A DNA stretch of 55,991 nucleotides, from assembly GCA_045632105.1 (NCBI GenBank), contig JAZQVZ010000034.1, forward strand, positions 1 through 55,991, given 5' to 3'. Below the pieces are notes generated by a model, which saw only the letters and a list, made by a program, of their open reading frames with translations, was not told the DNA's origin and made no database searches. Shown piece by piece: positions 9,237-16,709 of the stretch (positions are counted from its first letter, which is position 1; each line of letters begins with the position of its first letter). The stretch comes from Eubacteriales bacterium (lineage in GTDB: Bacteria; Bacillota; Clostridia; Oscillospirales; CAG-272). The translations under genes were made by a program, and so were the position numbers.

Positions 9237-10787
9237 TTACTTAGCTCTTTTTGGAGAAAACTTGATGACGCATGCGGCTGCTGCCATAAGCGAGAGGGCG
9301 GTTGCCCACATTGCTATTCCGCAGATAAATCCGCCAAGGCTTGCGCAAAGACCTGCTATAACGTAGGATACTGCGGCGATGCCCGCAACGAGAAGCGCAT
9401 AGGGAAGCTGGGTGTTTACGTGATCCACGTGGTTGCACTCAGCACCTGCAGATGCAAGAATCGTAGTGTCGGAGATGGGGGAGATGTGGTCGCCGAATAC
9501 TGCGCCGCCGAGGGTTGCAGAAACGGTGAGAAGAGTGAGTGTTCCGCTTCCGCCGAGGATCGTAACGGCGATAGGAACGAGAACTCCGAACGTTCCCCAA
9601 GAGGTACCTGTTGCAAATGCGATAGCGCCTGCAAGGATAAAGAATATCGCAGGGAAGAGGAACTGGGGGAAGGAGCTGTTAGCCAGATTATTCTGAACAA
9701 ATGCCTGAGCATCGAGATATCCGCCCTTAGCGCCCATAATGCCCGAGATAGACCAAGCAAAGGTAAGAATGAGAATTGCGGGAACCATTGCCTTGAAGCC
9801 GTCGGTGAAGCTTCCTGTGATCTCCTTGAAGGAAACTACGCGGGTGATCATATAGAAAGCGGCGATTATGAAGAGAGCAACGGTAGAGCCGATAGCCAGC
9901 GACATACCTGCGTCGCAGTTGGAGAACGCCTCTATGACGTTAGCCGACTGAAGCTCGGTGCCTATAAGACCTGTATCCCAGTTGTAGAAGAAGCCCGTGT
10001 AGAGCATACCGCCGATACAGCAAGCAATAAGAATGAGAACGGGGATAAGAAGGTGATAAACCTTACCCTTGGGGTTGGCGAGTACTTCTTCGCTCTTTTC
10101 GTCGTTTCCTGCCTCACCTGCGTGAAGGTCGCCTGTTTCCTCTGCAATAGCGTCGTTGCGCTTCATTTTGCCGAAGTCGAACTTTAGGAAGCAGAGAGAG
10201 AATACCATTACAAGAGTAAGGATCGCGTATACGTTGAAGGGGATAGTGCTGATAAATACCATCAGACCGTCGCCCTCGAGCTCTCCTGCGACTGCCGCCG
10301 CCCAGCTGGAGATGGGAGCGATAATGCAGATAGGAGCCGCAGTAGCGTCGATGATATACGCAAGCTTTGCTCTGGATATCTTGAATTTGTCGGTAACGGG
10401 ACGCATTACAGAGCCTACTGTGAGGCAGTTGAAGTAGTCGTCAACGAAGATAAGACAGCCAAGTCCCGAGGTTGCCGCAAGAGCGCCGCTCTTGGATTTG
10501 ATCTTTCTTCCTGCCCAGTCGCCGTAAGCCTTAGCTCCGCCCGATTTTTGCATAAGAACCACAAGTATTCCAAGAACTACGAGGAATACGATAATCGGTG
10601 TGTTTGCACCTACCTTTTCACTCATTACCTGATAAAGCGTGAACATCGCCTTGAGAGGATCTCCACCGGCATACATCATAGCGCCCACGAAAATTCCAAG
10701 GAAGAGCGAAACGTAAACCTGCTTTGTCACAAGCGCCAGAATGATAGCGATGACGGCAGGCACGAAAGCCCATAAAGTACCTTCCAT
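9237..10787 (-). CDS. NhaC-family membrane transporter, probably lysine-related (sits behind an L-box)
   Basis: 516-aa polytopic ORF of NhaC Na+/H+ antiporter type; 5' leader is a lysine riboswitch. Confidence 0.8.
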   Translation of the reverse strand: MEGTLWAFVPAVIAIILALVTKQVYVSLFLGIFVGAMMYAGGDPLKAMFTLYQVMSEKVGANTPIIVFLVVLGILVVLMQKSGGAKAYGDWAGRKIKSKSGALAATSGLGCLIFVDDYFNCLTVGSVMRPVTDKFKISRAKLAYIIDATAAPICIIAPISSWAAAVAGELEGDGLMVFISTIPFNVYAILTLVMVFSLCFLKFDFGKMKRNDAIAEETGDLHAGEAGNDEKSEEVLANPKGKVYHLLIPVLILIACCIGGMLYTGFFYNWDTGLIGTELQSANVIEAFSNCDAGMSLAIGSTVALFIIAAFYMITRVVSFKEITGSFTDGFKAMVPAILILTFAWSISGIMGAKGGYLDAQAFVQNNLANSSFPQFLFPAIFFILAGAIAFATGTSWGTFGVLVPIAVTILGGSGTLTLLTVSATLGGAVFGDHISPISDTTILASAGAECNHVDHVNTQLPYALLVAGIAAVSYVIAGLCASLGGFICGIAMWATALSLMAAAACVIKFSPKRAK

Positions 10788-10825
10788 TTTTGTCTCCTTT
10801 GTTTTATATGATTTTTAATAAAAGC

Positions 10826-11032
10826 AATAAAAAAGCCACAATGCAGAGCATTGCGGCATAAAAGCATAGCAAAGATAGCGCTCCACAAATGTGACAGTAC
10901 GCGGCATATTATGTCCGAATACCAGCTCTGCTTTGCGCGGTCACTTGGCAGGGCTTCGGCAGGAGAGACCTTTTGTCCGACGCGACCGCTCGCTTTCTCG
11001 GAGTACTTTTTCTTCCCGCACCTCTATCTTGG
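10826..11032 (-). promoter_or_regulatory. Lysine riboswitch (L-box) with terminator
   Basis: Minus strand reads AGATAGAGGTGCGGG...AGTACTCCGAG...CTGCCGAAGCCC...GAGCTGG...ACTGTCACATTTGTGGAGCGCTATCTT. P1 pairs AGATAG with CTATCT. A GCCGCAATGC-tct-GCATTGTGGC hairpin plus TTTTTT follows. Confidence 0.8.
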
Positions 11033-11035
11033 TAT

Positions 11036-11064
11036 ATAATATCATATTATTCTAAAAAAATCAA
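11036..11064 (-). promoter_or_regulatory. Sigma-A type promoter of the L-box transcript
   Basis: Minus strand TTGATT-17 nt-TATTAT, ending about 6 nt before the first riboswitch helix. Confidence 0.5.
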
Positions 11065-11089
11065 TAGCTTTCGACAAAAAATAACGTAT

Positions 11090-11527
11090 CTAAAACTTTC
11101 TTTTGCGCCTTTTTATATTGCCGTTTTTAAGACCGCAAAATCCGCCTGCAAGCGAGCAGGGAGGGATGCAGAGCTTCCATATAAATGAGGCGGTGCTCTG
11201 CCCACTGTCGCCCGATATTGCGCCTATAAGAGCGAATATGAGCCACAGGAGAAGCATATATGCAACTCCGCATATTCCTCCGCATATAAGGGCATCCTTG
11301 CCGCCGTTGCGCTTTACCCCAAAAAGCCCCGTGAGGAATGCGGAGGTGTAGATAGAAAAGAAGCAGAGAGGGGATATGAGGGCGTGGGGGCTTGGCATAA
11401 GAGAGCAGAGGGCGGAGAACAGCGCAAGCATAGCTATCATTGAAATAAGCCCAGCAGTATTGCCCCAAAGCGCGGCATAGAGCAGACGCGGAGGATGGGC
11501 TTTGTGAGAGGTTGAACGTTTTTTCAT
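11090..11527 (-). CDS. Small polytopic membrane protein (resembles TIGR04086/YrzE-like family)
   Basis: 145 aa with 4 predicted TM segments and a basic C-terminal tail; family assignment from memory only. Confidence 0.5.
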   Translation of the reverse strand: MKKRSTSHKAHPPRLLYAALWGNTAGLISMIAMLALFSALCSLMPSPHALISPLCFFSIYTSAFLTGLFGVKRNGGKDALICGGICGVAYMLLLWLIFALIGAISGDSGQSTASFIWKLCIPPCSLAGGFCGLKNGNIKRRKRKF

Positions 11528-11658
11528 ATATACCTCGCTTTTGATAATTCGTTGTTACAAATATATTTGGTAAATCATTTCAATATGCAAAATTAAATGA
11601 AAGGCAGAGTTTGACAAAATGTTCACAAAAAAGTAACAAAATTATTTTTCGCCTTTGA

Positions 11659-11688
11659 TTGCAAAATGTGTATGGAATATGGTAAAAT
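11659..11688 (+). promoter_or_regulatory. Candidate extended -10 promoter of the decarboxylase operon
   Basis: TTGCAA-18 nt-TAAAAT with TGg immediately upstream of the -10. Confidence 0.4.
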
Positions 11689-11747
11689 TATATTAAAATC
11701 GGGGCAAATTTTTAATTGCTTTTAATTTTATGTAACGGAGGCACGAT

Positions 11748-13127
11748 ATGTTGAAAAATGACGAAAAAGTGTATGGTTCGTCTAAGGTAAGGCTTGAATC
11801 GATTTTTGATGCAGGTACCTTTGTTGAGCTTGGAGCATACACCAAGCGTCAGGGCTCTGACGCGGATTTCGAGGGTGTTCTTTGTGGATACGGTTCTGTG
11901 AACGGAAAGCTTGCTTTTGCATTCGTTCAGGACAGCGGAAGGACTAAGGGAGCATTCGGTGAAAGACATGCCAAGAAGATAGAAAATCTTTATTCCTTAG
12001 CAATAAAGAACGGCGCGCCTGTTATCGGTGTATTTGACAGCGCAGGTGCTGTGGTATACGACGGAGCAGCTGCTCTTGCCGCATACGGAAGATTTATGAA
12101 ATGTGTTTCCGACGCATCGGGAATTATCCCCCAGATCGCGGTCATTGACGGCGTTTGCGGAGGCTCCTCTGCAGTAGTCGCGTCTATGTTTGATTTCACG
12201 GTTACCATAAAGAATATATCAAAGCTTTACGTAAATTCTCCCTTCGTTATCGGAGCGGAGGCAGGAAGCTCTGACTTCGCGGCGGCTAACGGAATTTGCG
12301 CGTATGCCGCAAAGGATGAGGGCGATGCCTTTGCATATGCAAGAGCTCTTGTAGAGATCCTTCCCGCAAACAATGCCGACGGCGCATTTGCTGAGAACGG
12401 TGACGATATGAACAGAGCGGTAGCCTTTGACGCTGAGAGCTACAAGGCAACCGAGCTTATTTCACAGATCGCCGATAACGGCAGATTTACCGCGATCTAT
12501 GCTGATTACGCTAAAAATTCGGTTCTCGGATTTGCTTCATTTGGCGGTGTTACCGCAGGTGTTGTAGCCTCTGATCCCGAGAATGGCGGAATTCTTGATA
12601 TTAAGTCTGCAAGAGCTATTGCAAAGCTCGTAAGCTTCTGTGACAGCTTCGCAATTCCTGTTCTTACTCTTGTAGATAGCCAAGGACTTGACGTAAGCCT
12701 TGAGGCTGAGGGCGCGGCTTACGCATCCGAGCTTGCAAGACTTGCTTACGCTTATACCTCCTCCGCGAATGCAAAGCTTACCGTAGTGGTAGGTAAGGCT
12801 TACGGAGCGGCGTTTACTCTCCTTGGCTCCAAGTCGGTTGGCGCGGATATGGCTCTGGCGCTTCCCACTGCCTGTATCAGCGTTCTCTCTCCCGAGGCAT
12901 CTGTTGCTTTCGTATGGAACAGCAGAGTTGGAGAGAAGAGCCGCGAGGAGCTGGAGCAGGAATGGGCAGAGAAGTGCGCTTCTGCTGCCGAGGCTTGCGA
13001 CTGCGGCGAGATCGACGATATAGTCGCTCCCGAGGAGCTTCGCCAGAGGATCTGCGCAGGACTTTCTATGTTGGCATCCAAGGCGGAGGGAACACCCGCT
13101 CGCCGTCACGCCAATATGCCTCTTTGA
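11748..13127 (+). CDS. Acyl-CoA carboxyltransferase subunit (12S / MmdA / PccB-like), divergent and short
   Basis: 459 aa; two-domain crotonase-like carboxyltransferase pattern with GVCGGSSAVVASMFDF and GKAYGAAF segments; GGAGG RBS. Confidence 0.75.
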   Translation: MLKNDEKVYGSSKVRLESIFDAGTFVELGAYTKRQGSDADFEGVLCGYGSVNGKLAFAFVQDSGRTKGAFGERHAKKIENLYSLAIKNGAPVIGVFDSAGAVVYDGAAALAAYGRFMKCVSDASGIIPQIAVIDGVCGGSSAVVASMFDFTVTIKNISKLYVNSPFVIGAEAGSSDFAAANGICAYAAKDEGDAFAYARALVEILPANNADGAFAENGDDMNRAVAFDAESYKATELISQIADNGRFTAIYADYAKNSVLGFASFGGVTAGVVASDPENGGILDIKSARAIAKLVSFCDSFAIPVLTLVDSQGLDVSLEAEGAAYASELARLAYAYTSSANAKLTVVVGKAYGAAFTLLGSKSVGADMALALPTACISVLSPEASVAFVWNSRVGEKSREELEQEWAEKCASAAEACDCGEIDDIVAPEELRQRICAGLSMLASKAEGTPARRHANMPL

Positions 13128-13142
13128 TTTGGAGGAAAGGTT

Positions 13143-13517
13143 ATGTTGTATAGTGCATTATATACCGCAGGGCAGAATATGGGAGGCGCGTTCTCCGCTG
13201 AACGACTTGCTCTGGCAGGTCAGATGACCCTGATAGGTATGGGAATGATATTTGCGGTGCTTTCTATTCTTTGGGGTGTTCTTGCGATATTCAAGCTGAT
13301 ATTCGTAAAGCCTACTCCCAAGAAAGCAGAGCCTGCTCCCGTAGTCGTTCCTGTTCCCGAGCCTGTGGCAGAGGAGGGCAACGACGAGGAGCTGGTAGCG
13401 GTCATTACCGCAGCGGTTGCCGCATATAGAGCAAGTGAAGAACCTACCGCCGAGGGAGGATTCAGAGTAGTGTCCTTCCGCAGAGCAAATGGCGGCAAGG
13501 CTTGGAATTCAAAATAA
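13143..13517 (+). CDS. OadG/MmdD-like small membrane-anchor subunit of Na+-translocating decarboxylases
   Basis: 124 aa; one N-terminal TM, Pro/Ala/Val linker, EELVAVITAAVAAY motif typical of OadG-family proteins. Confidence 0.75.
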   Translation: MLYSALYTAGQNMGGAFSAERLALAGQMTLIGMGMIFAVLSILWGVLAIFKLIFVKPTPKKAEPAPVVVPVPEPVAEEGNDEELVAVITAAVAAYRASEEPTAEGGFRVVSFRRANGGKAWNSK

Positions 13518-13540
13518 TTTATTGAATCGAGAGGTGTAAA

Positions 13541-13909
13541 ATGAAAACTTATAATATTACCGTAAACGGCGTTACCTATACTGTACAGGTTGAAGAAGTA
13601 AGCGAAGGCGCGGTTCCCATGGCGGCTCCCGCTCCCGTAGCAGCTCCCGTAGCACCCAAGTCTGTTCCCGCTCCCAAGGCAAGCGCATCTGCGGGGGCGG
13701 TCAGCGTAAAGGCTCCCATGCCCGGAAACATTATGAAGGTCAACTGCAAGGTTGGAGCTTCTGTAAAGAAGGGTGACGTTCTCGTTGTTCTTGAGGCTAT
13801 GAAGATGGAGAACGACATTTGCGCTCCTGCTGATGGCGTTGTTGCAAGTGTTGAGGTGTCTCAGGGCGCAACCGTCGAGACCGATGCGCTCCTCGTAACG
13901 CTTAACTGA
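13541..13909 (+). CDS. Biotin carboxyl carrier protein (1.3S-like)
   Basis: 122 aa; Ala/Pro linker and biotinylation motif LEAMKMEN. Confidence 0.9.
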   Translation: MKTYNITVNGVTYTVQVEEVSEGAVPMAAPAPVAAPVAPKSVPAPKASASAGAVSVKAPMPGNIMKVNCKVGASVKKGDVLVVLEAMKMENDICAPADGVVASVEVSQGATVETDALLVTLN

Positions 13910-13956
13910 TTTCTTTCGATATACACAACTAATTCAACGAAAGGAAACGGTAAGAA

Positions 13957-15135
13957 ATGCTTGAAGCAATACAAAAATTTCTTAGTACCACAGGTGTAGC
14001 AAGACTTTTTGCCAACACCAACTGGTGGCAGACCGCAATAATGTTCGCGATCTCCTTTGTGCTCGTATATCTTGCTATCGTAAAGCAGTTTGAGCCGCTG
14101 CTCCTGCTTCCTATCGCCATAGGTATGCTGCTTACTAATCTTCCCGGCGCTAATATGTTCCATCTGGAATACTTTATAGCCGACGAGATAAGCTTTGGAA
14201 CCATACTTCACAACGGCGGTCTTCTTGACCTGCTCTACCTTGGCGTAAAGCTTGGTATATATCCTTGTCTTATATTTATAGGAATAGGCGCGATGACCGA
14301 CTTCTCGCCTCTTATATCTAACCCTAAGAGCCTGCTTATCGGTGCGGGCGCGCAGCTTGGCGTATTCGTAGCCTTTTCTGCAGCTCTTATCTCGGGATTT
14401 TTCAGTCCCAACGAGGCTGCGGCAATCGGTATTATCGGTGGAGCTGACGGCCCCACGGCGATCCTCGTAACAAAGACGCTGGCTCCCGCGCTTCTTGGCG
14501 CTATCGCTATTGCGGCGTACAGCTATATGGCGCTGATCCCTATGATCCAGCCTCCCTTTATGAAGCTGCTCACTACCAAAAAGGAGCGTCAGATAAAGAT
14601 GACCGCTCTCCGTCAGGTATCCAAGACAGAGAAGATACTTTTCCCCATAGTGGTTACCTTCGTGGTAGGTCTTATAGTTCCCGATGCGGTTCCGCTTGTG
14701 GGCTGTCTTATGTTTGGTAACCTTCTCAACGTTTGTGGCGTTACCGACAGACTTTCTAAGACCGCTCAGAACGAGCTTATGAATATCGTTACCATATTCC
14801 TTGGAATTACCGTTGGCGCAACTGCAAGCGCCCAGAACTTCCTTAAGGTGGAAACGTTGCTTATTATCGCTTGCGGACTTATCGCGTTCTGTATATCCAC
14901 CTGCGGCGGTCTTATCACCGCAAAGATAATGAACTGGATAACGGGCGGAAAGATCAATCCCCTTATCGGTTCGGCAGGCGTTTCCGCGGTTCCTATGGCG
15001 GCGAGAGTTTCTCAGAAGGTAGGACAGAGCGAGGACCCATCCAACTTCCTGCTTATGCACGCAATGGGCCCCAACGTGGCGGGAGTTATCGGCTCCGCAG
15101 TGGCGGCAGGCGTATTCCTGTCGTGGTTTAAATAA
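13957..15135 (+). CDS. Na+-translocating decarboxylase beta subunit (OadB/MmdB/GcdB family)
   Basis: 392-aa polytopic membrane ORF of the expected size, placed between BCCP and carboxyltransferase genes. Confidence 0.85.
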   Translation: MLEAIQKFLSTTGVARLFANTNWWQTAIMFAISFVLVYLAIVKQFEPLLLLPIAIGMLLTNLPGANMFHLEYFIADEISFGTILHNGGLLDLLYLGVKLGIYPCLIFIGIGAMTDFSPLISNPKSLLIGAGAQLGVFVAFSAALISGFFSPNEAAAIGIIGGADGPTAILVTKTLAPALLGAIAIAAYSYMALIPMIQPPFMKLLTTKKERQIKMTALRQVSKTEKILFPIVVTFVVGLIVPDAVPLVGCLMFGNLLNVCGVTDRLSKTAQNELMNIVTIFLGITVGATASAQNFLKVETLLIIACGLIAFCISTCGGLITAKIMNWITGGKINPLIGSAGVSAVPMAARVSQKVGQSEDPSNFLLMHAMGPNVAGVIGSAVAAGVFLSWFK

Positions 15136-15150
15136 TCGGAGGTTAGTATA

Positions 15151-16545
15151 ATGGCAAAGGTAAAAATTACAGAAACCGTTCTCCGCGATTCACATCAGTC
15201 GCTTATCGCAACGAGAATGACCACCGAGGAGATGCTTCCCATACTGGGCGCCCTCGATAAAATAGGCTATCACTCCCTTGAGGCTTGGGGCGGAGCAACC
15301 TTTGACTCCTGTCTGCGCTTCCTTAACGAGGATCCTTGGGAGCGACTCCGCAAGATAAGAGCAGAGGTCAAGAACACCAAGCTCCAGATGCTTTTCAGAG
15401 GGCAGAATATTCTCGGATACCGTCACTATTCGGATGACGTGGTAGAGTACTTTGTACAGAAGTCTATCGCAAACGGTATCGATATCCTTAGAATTTTCGA
15501 CGCTCTTAACGATGCCCGCAACCTCGAGACCGCTATCAATGCGACCAAGAAGGAGGGCGGACACGTTCAGGCGGCTATCAGCTATACCACGGGACCCGTA
15601 TACACTCTTGAGTACTTTACAAACTATGCAAAGACTCTTGAGAGCATGGGCGCGGATTCTATCTGTATCAAGGATATGGCAGGACTTCTTAAGCCCTATG
15701 ACGCTTACGATCTGGTCAAGGCTCTTAAAGAAACTGTCAAGGTTCCGATTCAGGTGCATACTCACTATACCTCGGGTCTTGCTTCTATGACGCTTATGAA
15801 GTCTATTGAGGCAGGCGCGGATATCGTGGATACCGCAATCTCGCCTATGGCTCTTGGCACCTCTCAGCCCCCCACTGAGGCTTTGGTTGCTACTCTCGCA
15901 GGCACCGAGTACGACACAGGCATCAAGCTTGAGCAGCTCGACGAGATCACCAAGTATTTCGCTCCCTTAAGAGAGAAGTTCCTTGCAAGTGGACTTCTTG
16001 ACCCCAAGATGCTTAAGGTCGACGTGAACGCTCTTATATATCAGGTTCCCGGCGGAATGCTTTCTAACCTTGTTTCTCAGCTGAAGCAGGCGGGCAAGTC
16101 AGATAAGCTTACCGAGGTTCTTGAGGAGGTTCCGAGAGTAAGAGCAGATGCGGGATATCCCCCTCTGGTAACTCCTTCCTCCCAGATAGTAGGAACTCAG
16201 GCGGTGTTCAACGTCATCGGCGGAGAGCGCTACAAGATGGTTACCAAGGAGTTCAAGGGCCTTATTGAGGGTCAGTACGGCAGATCTCCTATGGAGATAG
16301 ATCCCGAGTTTACCAAGAAGATAATTGGTGACACTCCCGTTATTACCTGTCGTCCCGCAGATAATATTGCCCCTGAGCTTGACATCCTTCGTGAGAAGAT
16401 CAAACCCTATATGGAGCAGGATGAGGACGTTCTCTCCTACGCTCTCTTCGAGCAGGTGGCTCTTAAATTCTTTGAATACAGAAAGGCTAAGAAGTACGGC
16501 CTTGACGATAACGCGGATGCCGCGCTCGGCGTTCACAACGCGTAA
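15151..16545 (+). CDS. Oxo-acid carboxyltransferase (OadA N-terminal domain / PycB / 5S-like), without a biotinyl domain
   Basis: 464 aa; TIM-barrel carboxyltransferase signature ETVLRDSHQSL; no AMKM motif in this ORF. Confidence 0.85.
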   Translation: MAKVKITETVLRDSHQSLIATRMTTEEMLPILGALDKIGYHSLEAWGGATFDSCLRFLNEDPWERLRKIRAEVKNTKLQMLFRGQNILGYRHYSDDVVEYFVQKSIANGIDILRIFDALNDARNLETAINATKKEGGHVQAAISYTTGPVYTLEYFTNYAKTLESMGADSICIKDMAGLLKPYDAYDLVKALKETVKVPIQVHTHYTSGLASMTLMKSIEAGADIVDTAISPMALGTSQPPTEALVATLAGTEYDTGIKLEQLDEITKYFAPLREKFLASGLLDPKMLKVDVNALIYQVPGGMLSNLVSQLKQAGKSDKLTEVLEEVPRVRADAGYPPLVTPSSQIVGTQAVFNVIGGERYKMVTKEFKGLIEGQYGRSPMEIDPEFTKKIIGDTPVITCRPADNIAPELDILREKIKPYMEQDEDVLSYALFEQVALKFFEYRKAKKYGLDDNADAALGVHNA

Positions 16546-16548
16546 AAT

Positions 16549-16582
16549 AAAAAAGCTCCCAACATTGTTGGGAGCTTTTTTA
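16549..16582. terminator. Bidirectional terminator between convergent operons
   Basis: AAAAAAGCTCCCAAC-att-GTTGGGAGCTTTTTT, with an A-run on one side and a T-run on the other. Confidence 0.85.
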
Positions 16583-16589
16583 TTGTCTC

Positions 16590-16694
16590 TTAGGAGAGGA
16601 GAAGGATAAGCAGGGTGGTTGCAACACCGGAAACCATAAGTCCTGCAAGGATCCAACACATTACTCTGACGAAGGTCTTGTTTCTGTTATTCAT
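16590..16694 (-). CDS. Unannotated 34-aa hydrophobic peptide (MNNRNKTFVRVMCWILAGLMVSGVATTLLILLLS)
   Basis: Below the ORF-track cutoff; found by hand translation. AAGGAGAA RBS 6 nt before the ATG; one TM segment; starts 15 nt after the upstream gene stop and ends just before the terminator. Confidence 0.4.
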   Translation of the reverse strand: MNNRNKTFVRVMCWILAGLMVSGVATTLLILLLS

Positions 16695-16709
16695 TTTAGG
16701 TTCTCCTTG

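Noticed and set aside
11069-11079. Perfect Spo0A-box heptamer (TGTCGAA on the minus strand) 6 bp upstream of the -35 of the L-box promoter
   Set aside because: A single 7-mer is expected several times by chance in 56 kb on two strands. There is no second box, and no biological reason to expect Spo0A control of a lysine-riboswitch gene. It is noted only as a curiosity.
13861-15060. 399-aa ORF antisense to the decarboxylase beta subunit
   Set aside because: Codon-aligned shadow ORF. The product is highly basic and Tyr/Lys/Arg rich with no features, while the sense strand gives a coherent polytopic membrane protein inside an operon.
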